The translations under genes and the position numbers were made by a program. Below the pieces are notes generated by a model. The model saw only the letters and a list, made by a program, of their open reading frames with translations. It had not been told where the DNA came from and ran no database searches. Below, in pieces: positions 37,801-48,680 of a stretch of 64,000 bases of DNA; within the stretch, counting starts at the first letter, position 1, and every line of letters begins with the position of its first letter. Source of the DNA: Antedon mediterranea (taxonomy: Eukaryota; Animalia; Echinodermata); contig NC_092673.1 of NCBI RefSeq assembly GCF_964355755.1, positions 34,345,648 to 34,409,647 on the forward strand, read 5' to 3'.

Positions 37801-39887
37801 GCAGAACAATTATAGGCGGCGCACACAACAAGTTGGTTTCTGAATTAAATTAATCAATCAAATGTATTTAATACAGTACGGTAATAAATGCACTATAAAC
37901 ATATACTATTTCTAGTTAATTAATGTAAATATTTGTCTACTTTATTAATATATTATTTAACTATTAATAATATTCTTTTTTGTTTATCAGAGGAGTCTGC
38001 AAATAGCTTTTTGAAATCAGTCGACAGTGCCAGTGTTTTTCACAACTGCAGTACCAGATTTGCAGATGGTTATCGATTTGGACTTGGTAAATATCTTTCT
38101 TTGAATAATCCATATGTCAACATATATAAGCTAATTGTTAAATTGAAATGGATTGATTGAAAGGGTAAAAGATTAAAGAAATTTGTCAAATTTCAAATAA
38201 ATTACCTACAATTTTTGTTGTAAATAGTACAATCTATTTGTTGCTTTCTCCTAAAGGCAGACGTAACTATCAGAGCAAAACATGTAGCGTACATTAATTC
38301 ATTACATAACTCAGGGGCATCACATAGTTAGTTAACATAGTTTATTTACTATAGCATTAATAATGTAAAAGTACTACATATATTTTAATGTATAGCTTAT
38401 CTTTACAAAATAACCCTCAGATAAATATTTCATGTTGATTATGCTGACCATTAAGATGACCCCAGATAAATCTTGAAATATCCCCACATAGGATGTAGTT
38501 TAAATTGACCCCAATAAATATCCCCCCACATAAAATGCAACTTTAGGTGACCCCAATCAAATAAGTCTCTACATTGAATGCTGTTTAAGATATGACCCCC
38601 AATAAGGCAGCACTAATGTAGAATACAGTTCAAAGTTCAACTACAAATTAATTATAAGTGATAATACAAATCTGTAAACATTAACTGCTGTCAGTGAGCG
38701 TGAACTACAATCTTAAATGCTGCCATACCTTATGCTTTCAAAGCAACCTTCTTCTATGCTGGTAAGTCCATAATTAAACTTTAAGAATCCTACATATAAT
38801 ATAATAATATGTGTGTGTGTTTCAACATGAATTTATAAAAGGCTACATTTACTATTGCGCAAATATACAGTAGTCCAACCTTTTCTTTTGGACACCGCTA
38901 TTCACAGGGTCATTATCCAGTGAAACGAACAAGGAGAAATATATGTTCAACACTATGACCAACCTCAATTGAGGGGCACCTCTATTCATGGACGCTTTAT
39001 TGGGCCCAAAGGGGTTCCCTATTGATAGGAGTTCTACTTTTGATGATCAGATACCTAATTGATATAATATTCACTTTAGTTACCTGTTAAATCCTTACAA
39101 TTACATAATATAATCCTTAATATTTGAAGCATCTATTAAATCAACCAATTCATTTGGGTTTTTATATACTTTTATATTGGTAGCATAGTGATCTATATAG
39201 ACAACAGAATAAACTACAAAAGTCATACAAATGTTGCACAAAACAGATCAAATTAACATGTTTAAATTTATAATATTATAATGATATTTTATTGGAAATA
39301 TAAAAATCGCAAAGAATATCAAATATAGCAGCCTGTGGCTGAATTACAAATTGTGTTTTTCTAAATGACATTGAAGTGAGTAATTAGGATTTATTGTTAA
39401 AAACAAAATGACAACTCAAATGCAATAAGAAATTGAAGAAAAAGAACAAAATTTAAATAAAAGTAATTAAATTCAAAGGCAACGAAACATACTGTAACAT
39501 GCTATTGCTGTGGCTCGATACAAAAATAGTCAAAATGTAAAAAACAGCTAAATTGTCAAGATTTTTTAATTACTATAAAGTACTGTGAGGTAAAGTGAAC
39601 AGAACAAATTTAAAAGAAAATTATTTTTTATTTAAAGTACAGTAGTTATATAACAGTTAAATTTTCATTTGACAGGCGCAGAGGTTGGCATCAGTACTAC
39701 TCGTATACATTCCCGCGGCCCTGTTGGCGTGGAAGGTCTTCTCACTGCTAAGTGGATTCTGCAAGGGTCGGGCGACTGCGTACAGCAATATGCCGAAGGA
39801 GGAACTAAACACTACGTCCACGAAAAACTGCCAATTATTGAGGACGCATCAAGTAGCGAGGAAGAAATAACATCAGAACAGTCATAG
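7554..39887 (+). CDS. ALDH18A1: Delta-1-pyrroline-5-carboxylate synthase (glutamate 5-kinase + gamma-glutamyl phosphate reductase), complete gene model, 14 coding exons, 2394 nt, 797 aa
   Basis: Motifs [83 protein letters not shown]; all introns GT-AG and phases sum to an open frame; Arg/Ser-rich N-terminus consistent with a mitochondrial transit peptide. Confidence 0.97.
8279..8416 (+). CDS. ALDH18A1: P5CS coding exon 2
   Basis: [29 protein letters not shown]...QGH, gtaagt donor. Confidence 0.92.
8688..8868. mobile_element. MITE with AAGCTTGGTTCCCACTAG-type TIRs; diverged copy at about 45537-45683
   Basis: Near-palindromic body, ends ...CTAGTGGGAACCACGCTT, TA on both flanks. Confidence 0.8.
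9047..9382. mobile_element. MITE with about 50-bp TIRs and internal GTGCGTCA repeats
   Basis: GCACTTGTCAATTGTATGAC...GTCATACAATTGACAAGTGC; ATAAT duplicated at 9042-9046 and 9383-9387. Confidence 0.85.
9775..9860 (-). mobile_element. Deu/Nin-domain-like SINE fragment
   Basis: Reverse complement TTACCTCATCCATCAGATGGGACATTAAGCT resembles 10732-10765. Confidence 0.5.
10555..10810 (+). mobile_element. 5S rRNA-headed SINE with tRNA-like segment and Deu/Nin-like domain
   Basis: CTTGTCAGATCACTGAAGTTAAGCAACGTTGGGCTCGGTT...CTTGGATGG...CTGGGAA resembles the 5S internal control region; later CCTTCGGATGGGACATAAAGCC...GCATGTTAAAGAAC. Confidence 0.7.
10944..11834 (-). mobile_element. Probable solo LTR, antisense in P5CS intron 2
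   Basis: Minus strand begins TGTAACA and ends GTGACA; TATATAA at 11233-11227; ATTAAA at 11068-11063; no TSD found. Confidence 0.55.
12098..16389. repeat. A-B-A direct-repeat element (A = 12098-12661; second A = 13065-13274 plus 16041-16389; period 967 bp)
   Basis: Near-identical A copies; the second is split by an insertion in its (AAT)n tract. Confidence 0.85.
13275..16040 (-). mobile_element. Non-autonomous Helentron (HINE/DINE-1-like), two diverged tandem units plus an extra 5' end
   Basis: Minus strand: 5' hairpin GGTTATCCGC-n5-GCGGATAACC, CT-rich microsatellite, 3' subTIR GCGGATAACC, stem-loop CTCGTC/GACGAG, terminus CTAGT at 13275 and 14424; no TSD. Confidence 0.8.
16684..16782 (+). 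CDS. ALDH18A1: P5CS coding exon 3
   Basis: [33 protein letters not shown]. Confidence 0.92.
17457..17609 (+). CDS. ALDH18A1: P5CS coding exon 4 (possible alternative donor extends it to 17615)
   Basis: VLVTKPDF...[28 protein letters not shown], gtaagc donor. Confidence 0.92.
17986..18201 (+). CDS. ALDH18A1: P5CS coding exon 5 (NAGNAG acceptor, alternative start 17983)
   Basis: [31 protein letters not shown]...[11 protein letters not shown]. Confidence 0.92.
18453..18662 (+). CDS. ALDH18A1: P5CS coding exon 6
   Basis: [19 protein letters not shown]...VGTFF...LTADQ. Confidence 0.93.
19426..19525 (+). CDS. ALDH18A1: P5CS coding exon 7
   Basis: [33 protein letters not shown]. Confidence 0.92.
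19615..19835 (+). CDS. ALDH18A1: P5CS coding exon 8
   Basis: [12 protein letters not shown]...[21 protein letters not shown]. Confidence 0.93.
20232..20369 (+). CDS. ALDH18A1: P5CS coding exon 9
   Basis: [20 protein letters not shown]...AVAL. Confidence 0.93.
20819..21014 (+). CDS. ALDH18A1: P5CS coding exon 10
   Basis: [25 protein letters not shown]...[16 protein letters not shown]. Confidence 0.93.
21132..21270. mobile_element. MITE family with TIR AAGCTCTGTCTACACTATCAAAC, copy 1
   Basis: TIR pair present; body shared with six other copies in the window. Confidence 0.8.
21370..21720 (-). mobile_element. Deu/Nin-domain-like SINE
   Basis: Reverse complement GGTCC...GTGCTTTAAAGAACCCAGAGCAACTTTTGGAAGAGTAGG; short 3' segment similar to 29975-30000. 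Confidence 0.5.
21890..22112. mobile_element. Same MITE family, copy 2, with expanded 21-bp internal repeat
   Basis: TIRs plus about 5 x ATATGCCCAAATATGGTAGTG. Confidence 0.85.
23970..24250. repeat. About 95-97-bp tandem repeat, 3 copies
   Basis: TCAGTTATATAACTGTTGTAAAATTAACATTAA recurs near 23973, 24070 and 24165. Confidence 0.9.
24585..24720. mobile_element. Same MITE family, partial copy 3
   Basis: Left TIR AAGATCTGTCTACACTATCAAAC and body; right TIR missing. Confidence 0.7.
25198..25319 (+). CDS. ALDH18A1: P5CS coding exon 11 (contains the GPR catalytic Cys motif)
   Basis: [20 protein letters not shown]. Confidence 0.94.
25355..25560 (+). mobile_element. 5S+tRNA-headed SINE, second copy with internal deletions
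   Basis: CTATATGGCCATAATGCGTAGATGCACCAGTTCTCGTCAGATCACC is 5S 5'-like; ACCGGAGAGTGGTGGTGT shared with the 10.6-kb copy; B-box GGGTTCGAGCC. Confidence 0.7.
25675..25861 (+). CDS. ALDH18A1: P5CS coding exon 12
   Basis: [17 protein letters not shown]...[37 protein letters not shown]. Confidence 0.93.
27767..29374. mobile_element. Non-autonomous DNA transposon with CTGGGGCGGATCCAGA TIRs, probably containing a nested fragment
   Basis: 16-bp perfect TIR; ATAGG duplicated at 27762-27766 and 29375-29379. Confidence 0.8.
30798..31025. repeat. 18-bp minisatellite (GTGCTGTTAAATCCCAGG), about 12 copies
   Basis: Direct tandem periodicity. Confidence 0.95.
31465..32702. repeat. 50-bp minisatellite, about 24 copies, with a 350-bp higher-order duplication
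   Basis: Unit TGAGACAATTGTAGTGGAAAACCACCCTTAAAGCTGTAGTGAGAGTGAAC. Confidence 0.95.
34453..34597. mobile_element. MITE family (AAGCTCTGTCTACAC), copy 4
   Basis: TIR pair and shared body. Confidence 0.8.
35488..35635. mobile_element. MITE family (AAGCTCTGTCTACAC), copy 5
   Basis: TIR pair (left one degraded) and shared body. Confidence 0.75.
36165..36325. mobile_element. Hairpin MITE
   Basis: CCGATTTTCCACTAGGCGAATTTGTTCGCGCGAATCGAA has an exact inverted partner ending near 36322. Confidence 0.85.
36531..36838. mobile_element. Degraded TIR element with TTAA-like flanks (Kolobok-like); fragment also at about 40250-40320
   Basis: ATGTATTGTCCCT ... GGGGAACAATACAT inverted ends. Confidence 0.5.
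37991..38086 (+). CDS. ALDH18A1: P5CS coding exon 13
   Basis: [31 protein letters not shown]. Confidence 0.94.
39676..39887 (+). CDS. ALDH18A1: P5CS coding exon 14 (last; TAG followed by TGA)
   Basis: [30 protein letters not shown]...SEQS*. Confidence 0.94.
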
Positions 39888-41011
39888 TGAATAGAAACCA
39901 GAGTACCAGTAGATCCCACCCAGTAGAGTACTACCAAGTTGCCAATAACAGAGTGCTTTATAGATATTTTTGTCAATTTTATGTTTTGTTGTAACAATCT
40001 TATGATATTAACAGGGTAATGTTTTTAAGTCATTTTTGTTGTTATATTCTATTTGTAAAAAGGGAGCAACACTTTTGCATTTGTATGAGTCAAAAATCAG
40101 AAACAATTTGGTTTTTGCACTATTCTTAAAGTCTATGTTTCCTAATACTGTATTTAAACATGTACGTACTACGTTCCTGTGTTTATTCGTTTTATTTTAG
40201 AAATATATTATTTTGTACACAGAAACTAATTTTTGTTCAAAGTAAGTAACTATTATGTGATATTAAAAATGGCTTATTCAACAACAAACATTTTACAAAT
40301 TATGTTTTGAGGGGACAATATTATATCTCTACATAAAAACTATAAAAAGAACTGTGTCAGGGAATGAAATGAGTTATTCTTACGATTATTGTTATGAAAA
40401 AAAAATCATACATTTTGCACTTTTTTTATATATATTTGAACATTGCCATGCAGTATAATACAATTAACCAAAGTGTTATGATTGAAGCCAACTGAGTTTT
40501 CTTATTAAGACATTTCATTTTGGTCATTTTCAATTTGGATGAGGGGTGAGATTATGAAAAGAAAGTAAAAAAATGTCAACTCTTAATAATAACTGGCTGT
40601 TAGCCAGCGACTCAGATGATCAGACAAGGATAATCAAACTTCTATTATTTATAAAAAACTGTCATTTATATAAAACAGATGAAATTTAAGATACAGAATC
40701 TCTATTTTGTTTACTTTAAAAAATGGACTATTATCAAGAAATGTTACCGATGTTTATTTGTAAAGACTAGTCTAGTGAACTTCACCAAACTCTGTTTGGA
40801 AACTCTTAATTTGCCTTTTTTTTTTAGAAGTTCATAAAAAAGTACAGTGTCTGGTTACAGTAGGCTGTCCTGCAGAATCACATGACTACAATCCCTGTTA
40901 TTTGATTCACTGAGTAAAATCTCAGTAAACTAGTTTGACAAGAAGGTAAATAGCCTAACTTCTGCACTACAGTTTGCCAACTGGGCTAAACTAACAAACA
41001 TTTCTTTTTCT

Positions 41012-41195
41012 CAAGTTTGCAAACTCAGTTTGCTCAAATTTGGTAACTCAGAGTTTGCTCATATTTGGTAACTCAGAGTTTGCTCAAATTTGCAAATTCA
41101 AGAGTTTCCTCAAATTTGCTAACTCAGAGTTTGCTTACGTTTGCCAACTCAGAGTTTGCTCAAATTTGCCAACTCAGAGGTTTCTCAAATTTTCT
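41012..41195. repeat. Degenerate about 22-bp tandem repeat (AACTCAGAGTTTGCTCAAATTT)
   Basis: About 7 imperfect copies. Confidence 0.8.
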
Positions 41196-42179
41196 AATGT
41201 AGACTTATATCCTCATCAGAACTTTACTGTTTGTTGCCCTCTGTAGATATAGTAACGTTTTCTTTGTAGTTAAACCAATGTTGATAGATCGATTTGATTG
41301 GTTGAAAAACAGAGAAAAAAAAGAGAATTTGTCTTTATAAACTTTTTAAACCATGTAGCCGTCTCCATTTCAAGTTTATTTCTAACATTCGCAATCAAAT
41401 ACGAACTAATTTATATTTTATTTCTTTATTATAGTTATATTGTTCCAAGCTGTTATATTTTTATTACTTCATCTCAAAGCTGTTAACCTTTCCTTTCAAA
41501 ACAACTTATTATTTAAAGAAAATGGAAAGAATGTTAGAAAGCCGATTAGAAAACAGACCTAAGCTTTTTGTCGCTACCTTTGTTATATTTTTTATTTTTC
41601 TTTGGAGTCTTTATGTCTGAGCTGTATTCTTGTTATTGGTCACTATGTTTTTAATGGCCGCATACATCTTGCTCTGTTCTCCTAACATACGTATAACATT
41701 TTCCATAAATTAATAATTGGCCACATGTTTTTCTATTAATTTATCATCAAGATTGTAACCTTATTGAATAACAATGAATTTATGTTCTGCGGGGAGGTAA
41801 TTTACTGTTAAAGAACTTCAGATATAAGTAAGTACTATTCATCTTACATTCGTTAATGTGACTGATTGATTAAACGCAAGTTTATTCAAGATGCGTTATG
41901 GTCAAGGGTTATTAACATACCGACATTTTTTATTGTAAATGTTAGCATGTTAAGGTACTTATGATTAAATTAGATATAGTTCAAAAGCAAGATGTACTGT
42001 ACAGTACTTTAATATATTTTATATAATTATATATATAATATAATAATTTTTATTAGGCACAATCATTTTTATCTTCCTTTTACATTCTAACCCTGTTAGT
42101 GTCTATATCATATCGTATTATTTATTCTACTCAGGTACAAAACATATCTCGAAATTGTTAACAATTTTGACAATAAAGT

Positions 42180-42550
42180 TATCTTGTATCTTGTATCTTG
42201 TATCTTGTACACTTGTACACTTGTTGTACGCTTGTACACTAGCACACTTGTTGTACGCTTGTACACTTGTACACTTGTTGTACGCTTGTACACTAGCACA
42301 CTTGTTGTACGCTTGTACACTAGCACACTTGTTGTACGCTTGTACACTAGCACACTTGTTGTACGCTTGTACGCTTGTACACTTGTTGTACGCTTGTACG
42401 CTTGTACACTTGTTGTACGCTTGTACACTTGTACACTTGTTGTACGCTTGTACGCTTGTACACTTGTACACTTGTTGTACGCTTGTACACTTGTTGTACG
42501 CTTGTACACTTGTACACTTGTTGTACGCTTGTACGCTTGTACACTTGTAC
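42180..42550. repeat. Compound micro/minisatellite: (TATCTTG)n then CTTGTACA/CTTGTACG/CTAGCACA/TTG units
   Basis: Direct periodicity; explains the stacked repetitive ORFs on both strands. Confidence 0.95.
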
Positions 42551-43806
42551 ATTTCTATAATTATGTACTCATGTATAAATTATACTAAATATTTGTACTA
42601 CATTTGCATACTTAATAATAATAAGTTATTCTAAATATATAATTGCATATATTTGTATGTACTTAAATGCACTTGTACTTGTTTCATGGAGAAATTAAAC
42701 TATATATTCATCATTTGTTACATTTATTATTTACTTTAGCATTATGTTTATCTTAATGTTTTTAGTTAGAAGTGTATACAATTCTTTTATGGACTATGTT
42801 ACATAATCGATGGCATAAAGTTTGTGTGCTTATAAATAATTTAATTAATTTAAATTGTATTACAAAAGTAAATAATTGAATAATATATGTATCTATTGTT
42901 TGTTTTACACATGTTGGTATTATTTATTATTTATAAACTAGTTATGTAGGCCTAGTGCAAACTCCTGTGTTAACCAGCCTTACGCTTGTTTGTTGATGCA
43001 AAGCGGTTACACAAGCCAATTCGCTTTCCTATGTAGTTTTGTTGTTTACCAACAGAACTGTGTTTGGTGTTATTTACCAGTGTTGTAGGGGGCATTGTGG
43101 AATGGCATGTTTTTTAAAGGTTACTGTTTATGCCTTTTTACCGATAAAATAAATAATTATTGGTAACTAATGAGGCCCATTATGATCACAATTTGATTAT
43201 GTTTTGTTTATGTATGTGAACACAATTGGGTATTATTTATAAACTGTATTTTAAATTACTAAATCTAAATTTTCTAGCAAAAACCTACTATGAAAAGAAT
43301 TTTTATATTTATGAACTATAACCAGTGGCTGGTTACTGGTTTTACTGGTAACATACTTTTGTAGGCCTGTTATGGAACTCCACGATATTGAAAATTCCAC
43401 CATTTATAGTGCCTGTGTGTAGCTATGAAGCGTGTCATACTTACATTAGTCACACCTGAGACTATTTGGATTGTTGTCTCAGGACACACGTCACTATATT
43501 ATTTATCTATATTATTTATGTAAAACTTTAATGCAAACTGCTTTTATTTAGAAATCATATAAATATGCTGGTTGAGATCTGGTTTAGTGCCCGATCAGCA
43601 CATTTACGGTGTAAAGTTCGAATCTAATCTAAGTATATGTTTGTGGATGTCTTACCTGATGGATATTGTTACAATCTTGGCTTTAATATAGTTAACATGA
43701 TACTTGATTAACATGAAAAATAATACCAAAAGGATGATTTAAAAAAAATGTAATAACAATTCTGTACATAAAATGCATTATTGATAAGAGAATGAAGATA
43801 ATAATG

Positions 43807-44072
43807 TAAACGTCGACTGCATTTATTTTATTTTATTTATTTTAAGTTACGGGAAGGTATTAAACGTCGACTGCATTTATTTTATTTATTTTAAGTTACG
43901 GGAAGGTATTAAACGTCGACTGCATTTATTTTATTTATTTTAAGTTACGGGAAGGTATTAAACGTCGACTGCATTTATTTTATTTATTTTAAGTTACGGG
44001 AAGGTATTAAACGTCGACTGCATTTATTTTATTTATTTTAAGTTACGGGAAGGTATTAAACGTCGACTGCCA
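43807..44072. repeat. 49-bp minisatellite, about 5.3 copies
   Basis: TAAACGTCGACTGCATTTATT...TTAAGTTACGGGAAGGTAT repeated at 43861, 43910, 43959, 44008. Confidence 0.95.
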
Positions 44073-45355
44073 TTATTTTTGTTTGCATATAATGTTTTTT
44101 TAAACGGATGTCGAAAGATTATATAATTTGAATAATGTTTAAACGTCCGTGTCAGAAGACCTAACTGAACAAATTATAAGAAAATTCATTCGTGTTTAAA
44201 TCGTATTAAGGGTAATGAAAGAAATAAATGAAAGTTATTATTAAAGGAGGTGATCGGAAAGACGTCGTTCATTCAACTTTAAGCGCAGGCTCTAAGGGTG
44301 GAATGGTTTGTTAAACTTTTTTAAAACTTTGTTTTATATAATATTATAGGCCTAATCCTTTCAAATTAAGTTCTCTGAAAACTGTTAACTAAATAAATAA
44401 GGTCGCCATCGTCACACGCCGCAATAAAACACTATTGATTAAGCGCCGCACGGTGCTTATTTTGATCACAAAGTCCGGTACACTCATATTTACACACAAA
44501 GCGACACACGTCAAGTGTCAAATCCAATCAATTTAAATTAATAAATGCAACCGAGGCGAATTCACACACGCACGTGGAACCTTCGCGAGTTCCGAATTCG
44601 CCGCAATGAAATTGTAAATTGACTGCATTCGATTTGATGTTCACACTGAGATCATACGTCACGTATAAATTACGTGTCACTTCGCGTGTATAAGTTGTTC
44701 AGTATGCTCCGGCAGCCTTTAGAAAGAAGGTACGTGTTATTGTGCCTCTTGTATATCAAATAAAATATTTGTATATAACCTAGGCTACATTTATAATAGA
44801 TAAGCTTGTCTTTGCCTAACTATGTGGAATAAATACTATTGTCACTTTTGAAAAGTAGTAGTTCTTTCCGTCGATATATACTTTTATTTCATGAAGACGC
44901 CGTATTATTAATTTGTCCTAAGCACATCCTTAACAGCGTACTTGGTTATTGTTAAACAGGTGATAAATTTGCTCCCTTTAAAGTAATTGATGCTCATCGT
45001 TTGATAATCAGTGTCTTTATTGAGAATAATCAGCTATGGGTCATAATTGCTGCTATGATAAGACACGCAACATTTAAAATAATTGTTTTCCGGTTCACAT
45101 TGCAAGGAGCATTTATATTTATCATTACATTCGCGGCGTGAAACGTGTACCGCCCGGTTATCGATACTTGCGCGCGCGCGTGTCAATGTTCTGTTTATGG
45201 TATTCACCTTTTTATTCATTCCTGGTGTATTAGGCCTAAATGTGGGTTACGATCGGTACCAGGCCCTAAATTTGCGAATGGATATTGTTAATACTGGTAG
45301 CCAACATGGCACATGATACGTGAAATTCATTCAATTTCCTACAATCAAATAAGTA

Positions 45356-45491
45356 AAGCCTTGTCTACACTATCAAACTTTATGTGACAAAAAAATGAAT
45401 GTGTGGTATATATGGACATGATGATGTCACATCACCATACCATATTTACACTTTTTTTGTCAAACTAGTTTTGATAGTGTAGACAGAGCTT
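45356..45491. mobile_element. MITE family (AAGCTCTGTCTACAC), copy 6
   Basis: TIR pair and shared body. Confidence 0.8.
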
Positions 45492-48364
45492 TAGACTACA
45501 TGGTCACATTAAAGCCGCAGTCGAATACTGTACATTAAAATGTGGTTCCCCACTTGGACGAAACGCAGCGACATAGGCACAACGCAAGTTACCAATCACA
45601 AGCGACATTTCGATGATTCATCGCGTCGTGATTGTTCATGAGTTCCGGTGGGCTTGAGTTGGGTCCTAGTGGGAACCAAGCTTTAAAAAAAGGCAGATAA
45701 ACATCATACGAGTCAAGATGACTGTTCAATCACTCACTCACAACACAACCTATTATGTACCAACTGATGTATATATATAAAATAATCGTGTTTTTTAATC
45801 AACGCTCTTGATTGGCTTTAACGTCTTTAAAATAAGGGTTTCTATGGAATGCTTAAATTGTTTTTCTGAGTAGTAGCTATCTTAAGATATTGCGGAGATA
45901 CACAGTTTATATTCGTAATTAATACTCTGATGAATTTTCGAAGTAAAACAGTTTCCGGTCATTTTAAGAAACTGTTCCATTAGTAAATGCAAACACTAGT
46001 CTTTCTGCTCAGCACTTATTTGCTCAAATTGCTTCCCTAAGCTTACTTGTTACCAGTATAAATGTACATATAAATTTTAACGTCTTTCACCTTTTGATCT
46101 CTGAAGAAAATGTTTATATTCTTCAAGATCTGCATATAAAATGATTCGATACCTTATATACTAATATCTTATATACGAGATACAAGCCTAAGAGCTTGAA
46201 CAACAAACTGTTAAAATAACTGCCCTTTCTGGATCGAGGTTCATTCAATTATTCATCCATCAGTGGAAAATTACTTGGAAATTATGTTGTTCGTCTCAGA
46301 AAAGATTAAAATTATTTTTTTTTAAATTTTAATCTTCCTTGGTCGTATTGGTGATAGAGCGTTTTTCAGTACCGTGAACACTGAACAAGATTTTTCATTC
46401 GTGCCACACTCAAACAATTCCGAAATTCCGGCAGCCTTCGCCAATAATCAATATAGATAACCGGATTTAACACAAAATGTAACAATATCATTGCAGTGCA
46501 ATTTAAAAAAAAAAAAAATTAATATCAAGAAGTGATAAAATACAGTTAAAAAAAGCAGAAAATGCTTTAATACCGTAGATCATGAAATCTACTACAAATA
46601 TAAATGTGTTGTACTATTGTGAATATTTATGTGGAGGGGCGTTTATTCAAGTAAGTTTAGTCGAAGGAAGGAATGAGTTTATTCGAGGGGGCACTTATTT
46701 CAAATGATGTCCTAGAGGTTGGGAGTAGGGGAGATTTTCGAGGGGCCCAAGCGTTTATTCAAAGCTGTGCGTTTATTTGAATAAATACAGTCATTAAGAG
46801 TAAGTCTGTAGTAATTATTTGCTGGTGAATTAAAACTAGAACCAACTTGATGACGTTTGGAGCTGTAACTAATACTTTATCCGTTACATAAAAAAAATAA
46901 TGAAACTTAGTAGTAATGAATAGAAAGTGCGCTGGTATTAGTTATAAGTACATTGATATTTAAAGCTTTATTGGACAAAATAATTCTAACCTATTTCAAA
47001 TTGACTGCAGTGAACTGGAAATAATGTTCGCAAAATTATACTTGCTTAAACCATGGAGAAGACGATGGCTTATGTATGTGGGTTACATTAATACAGCCGA
47101 ACTACATGTTTTCCACCATGGATCTCGGTCAATAATCTTCTGGCGACAAGTACAAAACAACAATAATCAGCTAAATCATTTGTTTTTTACACATCACTGT
47201 TACAATAGCATAACGTGCACCGGTCTCCCGTACCGCAATGGACCCAGAGTACTACATGTTTCTCCGTAATTATGCGGTTAATTAATTACGTCATTCTATT
47301 AATTAATCACGCATATCTGAGTGTCACTAGCGCCATCACAATACGTCTTTTATGTTGAGTTACCGTACACAACATCAATAAAATTGCTGAAAATTTGGTA
47401 AGTTTGGCTATGAATATAAATTTTGGAAATTGTGTGTTTACATGACTACTGGCCATCACGCAGTCCCCTGAACACCCTCTTCGTCCTTTTCTTCCTCCTG
47501 TTCGTACTATGTCTATGGTCCTTTGCCATAATCGACACTCTTCTCATCTTCCCTTTAAAGGACATAATACTCGTTTTCTTCACTCTACTCTACCTCACTC
47601 ACTCTCACTCGCTCAATCTTTTCATCTTAACGTGTCTTCTAATAATCTAACATTTTTTAACGATTTTTATCCGGAATCTGGGCTCAATGTAAACGTAGCT
47701 TTACATTCTGATCGATAACCTCATAATAAAAACAAAATTCGTCCAAAAGAAAACAGAAAATAGAAATAAACCATTGCAAACAGATACACTGCAATATATT
47801 ACACTGATCTAGGCGCTTGTCATTTCTGAAATATTTCAATACGTGGAACAAAACAGGAACGTAATAAAAACATAAGACAAAAATCGATAAAGGAAAAAAA
47901 CACATCTCAGCTTGAGTGTTATATATAGCATATTATGAATTTCTCATGGGCTCAATTTGATAATATTGAGGGTTTCTAAGAGCTATTCACTGACATCCTT
48001 GTAAGAGTCACTAGTATGTGTATGTTATCACGTTTGCTTGATGTGATTATATATGCCTTTTATGACCGATGTTATGCTAAGCTATAGTCATGATACGAAC
48101 TACGTGTATTCCTTTCAAGTAGCTTCACGTGAAGTATGATGTTTGTTCCTTAGAGAAACCTGAAGGAGCATACATTATACATTAGTACGATATTAGTTAG
48201 CTATTTTTCTCTCTCAATATTTTTGTTCATAAGTAATGAGTACCGTTTATTAATTGTTCTTTAGGCCTCTCCTATACTTACAATAATTTTGACGAGCTAA
48301 GCGTTTGCTCGCTTTTACCCTCTAATCCATGTATGTCTACATGGTTCTCGGAAACTTTGAGTTA

Positions 48365-48680
48365 TACCTCTGGTAGAACTTGAGGAGTAAAGTAAAAGCT
48401 TTCCAATTTAAATACCTACACAAAATTATTTTTACAAATGAAAGGTTTTTCAGGATTGGATTAACTGAATCCGACTTGTGTTCCTTTTGTAAAAAAGAAA
48501 AAGACAATTTACTTCATAATATGTTTGTGTATTGTAACATGTGGATATGTGTTAAAAACCTTATATTTGAAATAACAGGAAATTTAATTAATCTAAACAA
48601 TGATATCATTATTTTTGGTGACAAAGGCTTACCTAGTATTGCAAATTCTATTATCTTTTTAACAAAATATTATATTTGAT
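48365..48680 (+). mobile_element. L1/Tx1-clade LINE ORF2 C-terminal fragment (zinc-binding region)
   Basis: KAFQFKYLHKIIFTN...CSFCKKEKDNLLH..F..C..W matches the post-RT CCHC-type motif. Confidence 0.75.

Noticed and set aside
42108-42634. Stacked Cys/Tyr-rich ORFs on both strands
   Set aside because: Simple-repeat translation
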